From the NCBI RefSeq assembly GCF_030655615.1, contig NZ_JAURVJ010000029.1, positions 1,867 through 65,866 on the forward strand: DNA of 64,000 nucleotides, written 5' to 3'. The translations under genes were made by a program, and so were the position numbers. Under the pieces are notes generated by a model. That model was not told the origin of the DNA, ran no database searches, and was given only the letters and a program-made list of their open reading frames with translations. Positions 39,174 through 47,712 of the stretch are shown piece after piece. Source of the DNA: Nocardioides sp. Lineage in GTDB: Bacteria; Actinomycetota; Actinomycetes; Propionibacteriales; Nocardioidaceae. Numbering within the stretch: the stretch's first letter is position 1; every line of letters starts with the position of its first letter.

Positions 39174-40027
39174 CAGGCGTCGGCCGATCCGGGCTCGTCG
39201 CCGAGGGCGATCGGGACGCCGACGAGGGAGCCGTACTCGGTCCAGGAGCCGTCGTAGTTCTTGACGCTCTGGTGGCCGAGGAGTTTCTTGAGGACGAACC
39301 AGGTCAGCGAGGAGCGCTCACCGATGCGGCACAGTGCGATGGTGTCCTTGGAGTCGTCGATGCCGACCTCGGCGTAGAGCGCCTTGAGGTCGTCGTCGGA
39401 CTTGAAGGTGCCGTCGTCGTTGCAGTTCTTGCTCCACGGGACGTTGAGCGAGGTGGGGACGTGCCCGGCGCGCTGAGACTGCTCCTGCGGGAGGTGGGCC
39501 GGGGCGAGGAGGCGCCCGGCGTACTCGTCAGGGCTGCGGACGTCGATGAGGTTCTGCTTGCCGATCGCGGCGACGGCGTCGTCACGGAAGGCGCGGATCG
39601 AGGTGTCCTGGTCCTGCGCGGTGTAGGACGTGGTCTCGCGGGTGGGCTTCTCGTCGGTCAGCTCGCGGGAGTCGAGCTCCCACTTCTTGCGGCCGCCGTC
39701 CATGAGCTTGACGTCGGTGTGGCCGTAGAGCGTGAAGTACCAGTAGGCGTAGGCAGCGAACCAGTTGTTGTTGCCGCCGTAGAGGACGACCGTGTCGTCG
39801 TTGGCGACGCCCTTGCTGGAGAGGAGCTCCTCGAACTGCTTCTTGTTGACGAAGTCGCGGCGGACCTGGTCCTGCAGCTCGGTCGACCAGTCGAGCTTGA
39901 TCGCTCCCTTGATGTGGCCCTTGTCGTAGGCGGTGGTGTCCTCGTCGACCTCGACGAGCACGATGCCCGGGGTGTCGAGGTTGTCCTCCACCCACTGGGT
40001 CGTGACGAGAGAGTTCTCGCGGGTCAT
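39173..40027 (-). CDS. Thiosulfate sulfurtransferase (tandem rhodanese; CysA/SseA type)
   Basis: GHIKGA, YGGNNNWFAAY, MDGGRKKW, CRIGERSS, NYDGSWTEYG. Confidence 0.93.
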   Translation of the reverse strand: MTRENSLVTTQWVEDNLDTPGIVLVEVDEDTTAYDKGHIKGAIKLDWSTELQDQVRRDFVNKKQFEELLSSKGVANDDTVVLYGGNNNWFAAYAYWYFTLYGHTDVKLMDGGRKKWELDSRELTDEKPTRETTSYTAQDQDTSIRAFRDDAVAAIGKQNLIDVRSPDEYAGRLLAPAHLPQEQSQRAGHVPTSLNVPWSKNCNDDGTFKSDDDLKALYAEVGIDDSKDTIALCRIGERSSLTWFVLKKLLGHQSVKNYDGSWTEYGSLVGVPIALGDEPGSADA

Positions 40028-40038
40028 GGTGGTGCCTT

Positions 40039-40500
40039 TCAGTTGGTTGCGGCGGCGGTGCCGCGGGAGGTGGTGCGGCGGACGATCAGGTACATCTCGC
40101 AGCCCAGGCAGAACCTGAAGACCGCGTTGAGCAGAGCGGCGACGAGCGCGCACCCGACGGCCACGAGGGCGAGCGCCTCGACACCGGTGGCGAAGCCGAG
40201 GAGTCCGACGACCGCGAAACCCAGGCCGACCGCCTGCGCGAAGCGCGGCGGGGCGGGGTCCTCGAGATGGTCAGGCGCGCCGAGACACGGGCGGACCAAC
40301 GTCCGGAACAACAGGGCAACCGGCGTGTGCTGGACGCCCACCGTCGCTCCCCAGGCGAAGAGGACCGCCTGGAGCGCGAGCAGGACTGGCGCCACGGGCG
40401 AGGGGGTCAGCAGGACCACGAGCAGCACCAGCGCCGTGAGCGACGCGGTGAACTGCGGGCCACGGGGATCGATCCCGTGGTCGGGTCCGGACACGGACAT
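40039..40500 (-). CDS. DUF4395 membrane protein
   Basis: IDPRGPQF, EDPAPPRFAQAVG, LNAVFRFCLGCEMY. Confidence 0.9.
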   Translation of the reverse strand: MSVSGPDHGIDPRGPQFTASLTALVLLVVLLTPSPVAPVLLALQAVLFAWGATVGVQHTPVALLFRTLVRPCLGAPDHLEDPAPPRFAQAVGLGFAVVGLLGFATGVEALALVAVGCALVAALLNAVFRFCLGCEMYLIVRRTTSRGTAAATN

Positions 40501-40587
40501 GACGGTCTCCTGCCGAATGGCTGGGCGGACTGACGGACAGGCCCCGTCGGGACGGGGCGTCTACTTCGACAAATGGGTGCGGTCGAG

Positions 40588-40665
40588 TCAGCGCGCGGGA
40601 CACAGGGCTGAGCGCGTGCGGCAGTGGTCCACCGCGCGTCGCTTCGTCAGCCAGGTAGTCGCCAT
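40588..40665 (-). CDS. Leaderless Cys-containing leader peptide (25 aa, MATTWLTKRRAVDHCRTRSALCPAR), Ms5788A-like
   Basis: Hand translation; LTKRRAVD..C motif; upstream of DUF4395-sulfurtransferase-DUF1416; below ORF-track cut-off. Confidence 0.8.
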   Translation of the reverse strand: MATTWLTKRRAVDHCRTRSALCPAR

Positions 40666-40672
40666 GTAGGCA

Positions 40673-40678
40673 ACAGTA
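40673..40678 (-). promoter_or_regulatory. -10 element TACTGT of leaderless leader-peptide transcript
   Basis: TANNNT exactly 7 nt upstream of ATG 40665. Confidence 0.6.
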
Positions 40679-40763
40679 CGGACGCCTGGTCGCCCGATCC
40701 GCATCATGTCCCATATGATGGACATTGCGTCCACGATTCGGGACTGGCTACGCTTCGATCACC

Positions 40764-41780
40764 ATGACGACCATCACACGAACCGCCCTGGTGACTGGCG
40801 CCGGGGGCCAGGACGGTATCTACCTCGCCCGCCTTCTCATCCAAGAGGGCTACCGGGTGGTGGGAACGGTCCGACCGGGCGCACGCGACTCTCCGGCGGC
40901 GCAGGTCTACCTCGACGGAGTCGAGGTCGTCGAGCACGACCAGCGCGACGGAGCCGGGTTCGAGCGGCTGCTGGAGGACCTCCGGCCCGACGAGATCTAC
41001 AACCTGGCCGGCTTCACCTCCGTCGGCGCGAGCTGGGACTACGCCGAAGAGGTGGCTGAGACCAACGGCCTCGCCGTCCTCCGCATCCTTGAATCCCTCG
41101 TTCGCCACCGCAACCGCTGCGGATCCGCTCCCCGGTTCTTCCAGCCCTCGAGCTCGGAGATGTTCGGGACCGCCGACCACATGCCGCAAACCGAGAGCAC
41201 CCCGCACCACCCGCGGAGCCCGTACGCCGTGAGCAAGAGCTTCGCCCACCACCTCACCGTCAACTACCGGGAGTCCTACGGATTGTTCACCAGTACCGCC
41301 ACGCTCTACAACCACGAGAGCCCATTGCGTCCCGAAAAGTTCGTCACTCGGAAGATCTCGCGCGCGGTCGCCGAGATCGCTCTTGGCCAACGCGAGACGG
41401 TTACTCTCGGCAACCTGGACGTGCGTCGCGACTGGGGCTTCGCCGGTGACTACGTCCGGGCGATGCACCTGATGCTCCAGCAGGATTCCCCCGCCGACTT
41501 CCTCATCGCGACCGGGCAGTCCCAGCCCTTGTCCGAGCTGCTGAGAGTGGCTTTCGCGACGGTCGGCATCGACGACCCGTCCCCCTACGTACGACAAGAC
41601 CCGGCTCTCAAGCGGCCGGCCGACGTCGCTGACCTGTACGGCGATCCAACAAAGGCGCGAGAGCAACTCGGGTGGGAGGCGAGCGTGACTTTTCATGAGA
41701 TGGTCGAACACATGGTGCGGATCGACTTGCAGCGTCTGTCGTCCGGGGGAGATGACGTGGCGGAATTCCTACTCCCCTGA
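40764..41780 (+). CDS. gmd: GDP-mannose 4,6-dehydratase (second paralog)
   Basis: ALVTGAGGQDG, IYNLAGFTSV, SSSEMFG, PRSPYAVSK, YNHESPLR..FVTRKI, RDWGFA. Confidence 0.9.
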   Translation: MTTITRTALVTGAGGQDGIYLARLLIQEGYRVVGTVRPGARDSPAAQVYLDGVEVVEHDQRDGAGFERLLEDLRPDEIYNLAGFTSVGASWDYAEEVAETNGLAVLRILESLVRHRNRCGSAPRFFQPSSSEMFGTADHMPQTESTPHHPRSPYAVSKSFAHHLTVNYRESYGLFTSTATLYNHESPLRPEKFVTRKISRAVAEIALGQRETVTLGNLDVRRDWGFAGDYVRAMHLMLQQDSPADFLIATGQSQPLSELLRVAFATVGIDDPSPYVRQDPALKRPADVADLYGDPTKAREQLGWEASVTFHEMVEHMVRIDLQRLSSGGDDVAEFLLP

Positions 41781-42683
41781 TCGTCCACGCAACCTGCGGT
41801 ATTCGCGCCATGCCAGCGGCATGACTCGCATCCCACGTCGGACCCGCAACCACCGAGCGCGCAGTAGTTCGCAGTTCGTTAGATCACGGCCGGGCGACGG
41901 CTTTGCAAAATACTCTTTACGAAGCCAGAAAGCCCTCCACAAGAAGGTGGGTCGCAGCGGCCATGGCGTACGGCTCAGTTCGACGATCCATGGCAACACC
42001 TCATTCGTCTCAGTCCGAGCCCGCATCTCCCAGTCTGCAATTGGAACTAAAAGCGGCCTCCGGTCAGGGATCAACGGGGCGCCAATGAGGTCAAGCAGAG
42101 GACGTAAGGTCTGCGCCGACCCCGTGTCGGCGGCTAGGGCCGCGAGGTCCGCAACCTGCTCAGCATTCCAATCGCGACGCACTACCGCGGCCAGGTCGCG
42201 AAGTTCGTGACTCTTGTACTGGTCACGCAAGTAGTGCAAGGCAGCGATAGCAACGTTGCCCGCTTGGTCGCAGACAGCAATGTCAACATGCGCAATCCGC
42301 ACTGTCGAGCGTCTGGCCCACAGCACCTCGAACACATTCTCTGGACTGGCCAGGAACCCGGGGAACCAATGATGCAGGTCGACCTCGCAAGGCCAAAGTC
42401 GATGGCGATGGTTAACAGAGTGCAGGGGCACAATGCTTGGCGTGTCGTAGGCCCCATCATCGATCCATCCAAGCCGCTCGAGCGCCGCCTGCAGAATCCA
42501 CATCTTAACCGGATCGACAAGAACATCGATGTCTACGGACGTCTTAGGTGGCCGCAACCCCTGGAGGGCAAGGACGGGTCCTTTGATGGCAAGCGCGCGC
42601 ACACCCGAGTCAGCCGCAACTCGCAGGATCAAAGCATGGCCGAGCGGCACAGCCTCTTCGACTTGAAGGGACGCGCCACTCAT
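41769..42683 (-). CDS. Nucleotidyltransferase family protein (NTP_transf_5-like)
   Basis: LAIKGPVL...SVDIDVLV (KG...DxDxL), EVDLHHW; ATGA coupling to upstream gene. Confidence 0.8.
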   Translation of the reverse strand: MSGASLQVEEAVPLGHALILRVAADSGVRALAIKGPVLALQGLRPPKTSVDIDVLVDPVKMWILQAALERLGWIDDGAYDTPSIVPLHSVNHRHRLWPCEVDLHHWFPGFLASPENVFEVLWARRSTVRIAHVDIAVCDQAGNVAIAALHYLRDQYKSHELRDLAAVVRRDWNAEQVADLAALAADTGSAQTLRPLLDLIGAPLIPDRRPLLVPIADWEMRARTETNEVLPWIVELSRTPWPLRPTFLWRAFWLRKEYFAKPSPGRDLTNCELLRARWLRVRRGMRVMPLAWREYRRLRGRSGE

Positions 42684-42958
42684 TCACTTTGCATTCGACT
42701 AATGACCCCAGCTTGCTCAGCGGAGTCCAAGAACCGGTTCACGTCGCCTTCGACTTCGCTCGAAGATAGGTTGAACATGTCGGCGATTATTCGTACAAGT
42801 GTCAGTTGGCTTGTCCCAACCTCGAGAAGGCGCCAGATTGCGGCCGCGCTGCCCTCTAGAACTAGCGGCAGGTCCGCTAAGTGTCCCAACCTCAGCACCA
42901 CGACGCGGGTTTGGTCATCAACCCACGCAACGTCGCTCGCCCGCTCGATCAGGCTCAC
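42680..42958 (-). CDS. PqqD-family / RRE-like peptide-binding protein
   Basis: 92 aa; beta-strands then LEGSAAAIWRLL...IADMFN....VEGDVNRFLDS...GVI winged-helix pattern; GTGA coupling. Confidence 0.75.
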   Translation of the reverse strand: MSLIERASDVAWVDDQTRVVVLRLGHLADLPLVLEGSAAAIWRLLEVGTSQLTLVRIIADMFNLSSSEVEGDVNRFLDSAEQAGVISRMQSE

Positions 42959-43218
42959 AGTGACACCTCCGTCAGAACACCGCATGCCAGGAGGTCGCCT
43001 ACTGCGGTGGTGGTTACAGATGCAGCATCGACGCCGTCAGGTGCCCCAAATTCATCGACTAGGGCTGCAGCTAGGTCGGCAACATCGATGCCGGAGCCGA
43101 CATAGCGCAGCAAACTTGTTGCCAGAACAGACACTACGACGACTTGGCCGCCGACGAAGACCGCCGAACGATCATTGTCGACGTACCAGTCCGTCCAATC
43201 CGTACGAGCAACGCGCAT
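42955..43218 (-). CDS. Second PqqD-family / RRE-like protein (divergent)
   Basis: 87 aa; VVSVLATSLLRYV...LAAALVDEFG.P.......VGDLLACGVL pattern; TGATG coupling. Confidence 0.6.
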   Translation of the reverse strand: MRVARTDWTDWYVDNDRSAVFVGGQVVVVSVLATSLLRYVGSGIDVADLAAALVDEFGAPDGVDAASVTTTAVGDLLACGVLTEVSL

Positions 43219-44030
43219 CAGGACTGCAACATATCTGCTACCAGAACTTTCAACTGCTCGGACTCGGAGTAGTGAAGCGCGCGTAGGCCCCCCGTAAGCT
43301 CAAGCAACTCAGCGACCCTGTGCAGCGGATTGGGGACCGAGGCAAGATAAGACGATTCAGGTGCCAGCAGCGCGAGCGCATCGACCGTCGCGATGGACTC
43401 GGCGCGGGCGACCTTCGAGCCGTCCCGAACCAGCAGGGCAACGCCAGCCAGCTCGCACCGTGCCGGCGCCGGCAGCAAGTCCAGCTCGTCAAGGTTCATC
43501 TGGGTCTTGAAGCCGCCTGGACCTCCGATCACAGACAGTGGCTTCGGGTACGGCGAGATCGTTGCATCAGCGCGGATCGCCACAGTCTCGTCAGTCACGT
43601 AACCGAGGTGTCGTCCCAAGGTCCGGGACGTCGTTGTCTTGCCCGTACCCGACGGGGCGACAAGCGCCACCGTTCGGCCCGTGACGGAATCGGCAAGACC
43701 GCAGGCATGCAGCATGATCATCTTTCCGGCTTGGTGATCTATGGCAGCGACCGTCACACGTGGACTAAGCCGGTCCAGTAGCTCTGCACGAACCGTCGAC
43801 GCCAGGGCACCTTGGGCGCGAGCCTGCTCGATGACAACAGGGTTATCGTCCTGCACCACCGCTACGGTCGCATCCGCTGCGATACTGCCGTCGGTGAGGC
43901 ACCTCGACCATGCACGGCGAATCGCGGTGGCAAGGTCAATTGCGTGCGATCCCGACACTTCGACCGTTACGTACGTGTCCATCGCTCTAAGATCGACTGA
44001 GATGCAGCCGCCAACGAGGTCTCTGATCAC
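43218..44030 (-). CDS. HprK-related P-loop kinase
   Basis: MLHACGLA, Walker A APSGTGKTT, YVTDETVAI (HPr-kinase-like acidic pair), PYPKPL; start 44030 or 43982. Confidence 0.7.
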   Translation of the reverse strand: MIRDLVGGCISVDLRAMDTYVTVEVSGSHAIDLATAIRRAWSRCLTDGSIAADATVAVVQDDNPVVIEQARAQGALASTVRAELLDRLSPRVTVAAIDHQAGKMIMLHACGLADSVTGRTVALVAPSGTGKTTTSRTLGRHLGYVTDETVAIRADATISPYPKPLSVIGGPGGFKTQMNLDELDLLPAPARCELAGVALLVRDGSKVARAESIATVDALALLAPESSYLASVPNPLHRVAELLELTGGLRALHYSESEQLKVLVADMLQS

Positions 44031-44074
44031 CTCGGAACCCTATTGCGACTGCCCAATGACGGGTTCTTGATTCC

Positions 44075-45481
44075 ATGGATTTGCTTGACTATGCGAAGGC
44101 CCTGCGCGCTCACTGGGTCGGTGCGCTACTTATCGTCGTCGTCGTGGTGGCGTCCGCTGGCACTCTGACGCTCACTCAGACCAAGGTCTACGCCGCCGAC
44201 GCCGGTGGCTTCGTCACCGCCGGAGGGAGCGGTGACGCCGCCGTCGGATCAGTCAGCGACTCGCTGGCTAAGTCGCGTGCTGCGTCCTACGTCGATATCG
44301 CGAGCAGCCGGGCTGTCGCCGACCTTGTCATCGACGACCTGGGCCTCGACGAGAGCGCGTCGGGATTGATCGAGAACATTGCGGTTGAACAGCCAGTTGA
44401 CACGGTGCTCATCAAGATCACTGCGCGCTCAAGTTCGCCGGTTCAGGCGCAGCGCCTCGCGGACGCGTGGATACGGGCACTTGCGGCGCGAGTAGCTGAG
44501 CTCGAGGACCCAAGAGGCACCGGCGCCGCCGGGGTTGTAGGAGTCGAGCCGGTAGAAGCGGCGGCACTTCCGGGATCACCTGTCTCGCCACGCCCTGTCC
44601 TTAACCTAGGCCTGGGCCTGGTTCTTGGCCTTCTGCTCGCCGTCGCCTACGCCGTAGGCCGGTCCATGGTCGACCGTCGCCTGCGTGTAGACGACGACGT
44701 GGAGAAGCGATTCTCAGTGTCGACAGTCGGCCGAATACCCGTGCACCCTGCCGGTAGCCGCCGCGGTCTCCAACTCTCAGATGCTGCCGACGAGCAGAAG
44801 TGGGACGTTGGCGAGGCATTCCGCAAGCTGCGCACCAATCTGTCCTACATGAGCATTGACGACCCGCCCCGCGTCATCGTCGTGACGAGCCCGCGGCCGG
44901 AAGACGGAAAGTCGACGGTCGCGGCCAACCTCGCGGCAGCCATTGCGTTGTCGGGTCAGCCAGTCACCCTGCTTGACGGTGACCTCCGGCGGCCCACCGT
45001 GGCAGACACTCTGGGACTTGTTGAGGGCGCCGGCCTGACCGATGTTCTGATCGGCCAAGCCGACCTGGTCGATGTGCTTCAGGACCACGGCGAACTGCCC
45101 CAGCTCTCGGTGCTGGCTGCCGGCAGCACGCCGCCGAACCCCAGCGAACTGCTGGGGTCCCAAGCGATGCAGGGCCTCCTTCGCGAGCTCGCCCTCAAAG
45201 GCATGGTCGTGATTGACGCCCCCCCGCTGCTCCCCGTTACAGACGGTGCGGTGCTGACTCGTCACAGTGACGGAGCGCTTGTGGTGGTTTCGCACGGCCG
45301 GACGGTCGACCATGAGTTGAGCGAGAGCCTGACCCAGCTCGAAGCCGTGCAGGGGCGCGTTCTGGGAGTGGTCTTTAATCGGGTTCCTCGCCGCCGTGGA
45401 ACGGCTGGTTACTACGTGCCCGAAAAGGAGAAGTCCGGTTCGAGCTCGGCACCGCACGGCGGTAAGCGTCGCGCACACTGA
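44075..45481 (+). CDS. Polysaccharide chain-length determinant / BY-kinase fusion (Wzc-like)
   Basis: N-terminal TM and Wzz-like region; EAFRKLRTNL, TSPRPEDGKST, LDGDLRRP, PPNPSELL, IDAPPLLPVTD. Confidence 0.92.
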   Translation: MDLLDYAKALRAHWVGALLIVVVVVASAGTLTLTQTKVYAADAGGFVTAGGSGDAAVGSVSDSLAKSRAASYVDIASSRAVADLVIDDLGLDESASGLIENIAVEQPVDTVLIKITARSSSPVQAQRLADAWIRALAARVAELEDPRGTGAAGVVGVEPVEAAALPGSPVSPRPVLNLGLGLVLGLLLAVAYAVGRSMVDRRLRVDDDVEKRFSVSTVGRIPVHPAGSRRGLQLSDAADEQKWDVGEAFRKLRTNLSYMSIDDPPRVIVVTSPRPEDGKSTVAANLAAAIALSGQPVTLLDGDLRRPTVADTLGLVEGAGLTDVLIGQADLVDVLQDHGELPQLSVLAAGSTPPNPSELLGSQAMQGLLRELALKGMVVIDAPPLLPVTDGAVLTRHSDGALVVVSHGRTVDHELSESLTQLEAVQGRVLGVVFNRVPRRRGTAGYYVPEKEKSGSSSAPHGGKRRAH

Positions 45482-45492
45482 GGCGGGCCCGA

Positions 45493-46029
45493 TCACTCGA
45501 GCCTGGCCGCAAGAACGCCGACATGAGCATCTATTTCGTTGGCGACCGTGCGATGGACGTTGGTAGACAGGCCGATGGGGTCACGGATGTCGAGTTCGTG
45601 AGGCGCTCTGGCGCGTTGAGCCGCAGCTTCGAGGACGGTCTCCTGCGGCGTCGAGCCAGAGATCGAGTTGCTCGAGAGGATGCCCGCGAACTCAGCCAAG
45701 GTGAAGCTCCGTCGCATCAGGCGGGGAGCCATCCTGAGGACCTCGGTCCGGAGGTCGCGGGTCATGGCCAGGATCAAGTCCTGGTCAGCGAGGAGCTGCG
45801 GTGTGACCCGTCGCGAGAGGAAGCCGTCAGAGGTTCCGCCAAGGCGGGCCAGCTCGGCTGCGGCATGAGCATCCATGGGGATACCTGACGGACCGATGGT
45901 CCCTGCGCTCGACACGGCGACGTGACTGCCGGGACCTGTTCGCGCCTGAAGGAGCCGCTCTGCGAGTGGCGAACGGCACTGGTTGCCGACGCACACCATC
46001 AGAATCCGTACGGGCCCCTGGGTGGTCAC
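45493..46029 (-). CDS. Low-molecular-weight protein-tyrosine phosphatase (Wzb-like)
   Basis: VCVGNQCRSPLAE (CX5R), DLILAM, DIRDP. Confidence 0.9.
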   Translation of the reverse strand: MTTQGPVRILMVCVGNQCRSPLAERLLQARTGPGSHVAVSSAGTIGPSGIPMDAHAAAELARLGGTSDGFLSRRVTPQLLADQDLILAMTRDLRTEVLRMAPRLMRRSFTLAEFAGILSSNSISGSTPQETVLEAAAQRARAPHELDIRDPIGLSTNVHRTVANEIDAHVGVLAARLE

Positions 46030-46033
46030 GGCG

Positions 46034-46453
46034 TCAGTCTGGCAGCGACTGCAGCACCTGCTCCTTGGTGGGCGCTCCGGCCGCACGCCCGAGCTCTCGC
46101 CCGAGGGGGTCGAGGACGACCGTCGTGGGCGTGCGCATGATGCCGAGCCGGCGTACGACGTCGAGGTGCTGCTCGGCGTCGACCTCGACGTGCTTGACCC
46201 CTCCCTCGGCCCGCGCGACGTCCGCCAGGACGACTCGCGTGGTGCGGCAAGGAGCGCAGAAGGCCGACGAGAACTGCAGCAAAGTCGCCCGCTCTCCCAG
46301 CTCGTCCTGCCACGGGGTGCCAGCCAGGACGGACTCGGACTGCACGCTCTGCTCCTCTGACTCGCCGAAGCGGCCGTCGGTGCGGCGACGCCACAGGCCG
46401 AACGCGACCGCCGTGGCCACTGCCGCGATGGCGACCCAGGCTCCAGTGGTCAT
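46034..46453 (-). CDS. Membrane-anchored thioredoxin family protein (ThiX-like)
   Basis: N-terminal TM; QFSSAFCAPC; IMRTPT. Confidence 0.88.
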   Translation of the reverse strand: MTTGAWVAIAAVATAVAFGLWRRRTDGRFGESEEQSVQSESVLAGTPWQDELGERATLLQFSSAFCAPCRTTRVVLADVARAEGGVKHVEVDAEQHLDVVRRLGIMRTPTTVVLDPLGRELGRAAGAPTKEQVLQSLPD

Positions 46454-46550
46454 GGATGGTTCAACTTCCTCGGGTTGTTCGGCATTCCGGCTGCGACCAC
46501 GTGGTCTTCGGGACGGGCGTGGCCGCCCTCGTCGCACACCGCGACGCTGC

Positions 46551-46835
46551 CTAGCCGCCGGCGAACGGCGGCAGGAACTCGACGCTGTCCCGTGGGCTCA
46601 CCACGACCGTCGCTGGATCGAGGGACTTGACCGGTCGGTCGCCCACGAGCACCGAGCACGCCTCGAGCACCTGCGGCAGCCGGCCGCCGGGGTGACCGGC
46701 GACGACGCGGTCGACCAGCTCGGCCAGGGAGATCGGACCGTCGACCGCGATCTCTTCCGAGTCGACCCCGGCGGCGGCCCGGGCGGAGGCCCAGTAACGA
46801 ACGAGGATGACCTGTGTCTCAGTTCTGTCACTCAT
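46551..46835 (-). CDS. MoaD/ThiS family sulfur carrier
   Basis: VRYWASARAAAG; C-terminal LPPFAGG. Confidence 0.9.
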   Translation of the reverse strand: MSDRTETQVILVRYWASARAAAGVDSEEIAVDGPISLAELVDRVVAGHPGGRLPQVLEACSVLVGDRPVKSLDPATVVVSPRDSVEFLPPFAGG

Positions 46836-46961
46836 GCTGCCTGTGTCCGTCACGTTTCGGTATTCTTCCCTCCAGGTCAACAGATCCCGATTCTGTGACC
46901 GACGGCCGGTGCCCGACGACGTGTTCCGGTCCTACACCCGCACATGTGGGAGGGGACCACC

Positions 46962-47705
46962 ATGAGCACACTTCTTCTTCTGACCAGCGCACTGCAGCCG
47001 TCTGCCGAGGTGCTGCCTGCGCTGACGCTGCTGGGCCACGGAGTCAAGATCCTGCCGGCCGAGGGCAGCGCGCTGCTCGAGGCGCCCGAGTCCGACCTGC
47101 TGCTCGTCGACGGTCGTCAGGACCTCGCCGGCGCCCGCGACCTGTGCCGCCTGATCCGTACGACGGGCACCGACGTCCCGGTGCTGCTCGTGGTCACGGA
47201 GGGCGGGCTCTCCGTCGTCAGCCACGACTGGGGGATGGACGACGTCGTGCTCCACACGTGTGGCCCGGCCGAGCTCGAGTCGCGGATCAAGCTCGCGATC
47301 GGCCGGCTCACCGCCGCTCGCGACGCGGCCGACCCCGAGGCCCACGTCATCCGCTCCGGCGAGGTCGTCGTCGACGAGGCGACGTACACGGCCAAGATTG
47401 GCGGCCGTGCGCTCGACCTGACGTTCAAGGAGTTCGAGCTCCTCAAGTTCCTCGCCCAGCACCCCGGCCGCGTGTTCAGCCGCCAGCAGCTGCTGCAGGA
47501 GGTCTGGGGCTACGACTACTTCGGCGGCACCCGCACCGTCGACGTCCACGTGCGTCGTCTCCGCGCGAAGCTCGGCCCGGAGAACGAGACGCTCATCGGG
47601 ACTGTCCGCAACGTGGGCTACCGCTTCGTGCTGCCGGCTAAGGAGAAGGACTCCGTCGCCGCCGACGCGGCTCGCATCACGGAGCGTGCCTCGCAGGACG
47701 CCTGA
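46962..47705 (+). CDS. glnR: GlnR-type OmpR-family response regulator
   Basis: [73 protein letters not shown]. Confidence 0.88.
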   Translation: MSTLLLLTSALQPSAEVLPALTLLGHGVKILPAEGSALLEAPESDLLLVDGRQDLAGARDLCRLIRTTGTDVPVLLVVTEGGLSVVSHDWGMDDVVLHTCGPAELESRIKLAIGRLTAARDAADPEAHVIRSGEVVVDEATYTAKIGGRALDLTFKEFELLKFLAQHPGRVFSRQQLLQEVWGYDYFGGTRTVDVHVRRLRAKLGPENETLIGTVRNVGYRFVLPAKEKDSVAADAARITERASQDA

Positions 47706-47712
47706 GTGCACG

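Noticed and set aside
41769-44030. Complete lasso-peptide or PQQ biosynthetic cluster
   Set aside because: No asparagine-synthetase-like cyclase, B2 peptidase, radical-SAM enzyme, pqqA/B/C/E or adjacent short precursor ORF found in the window
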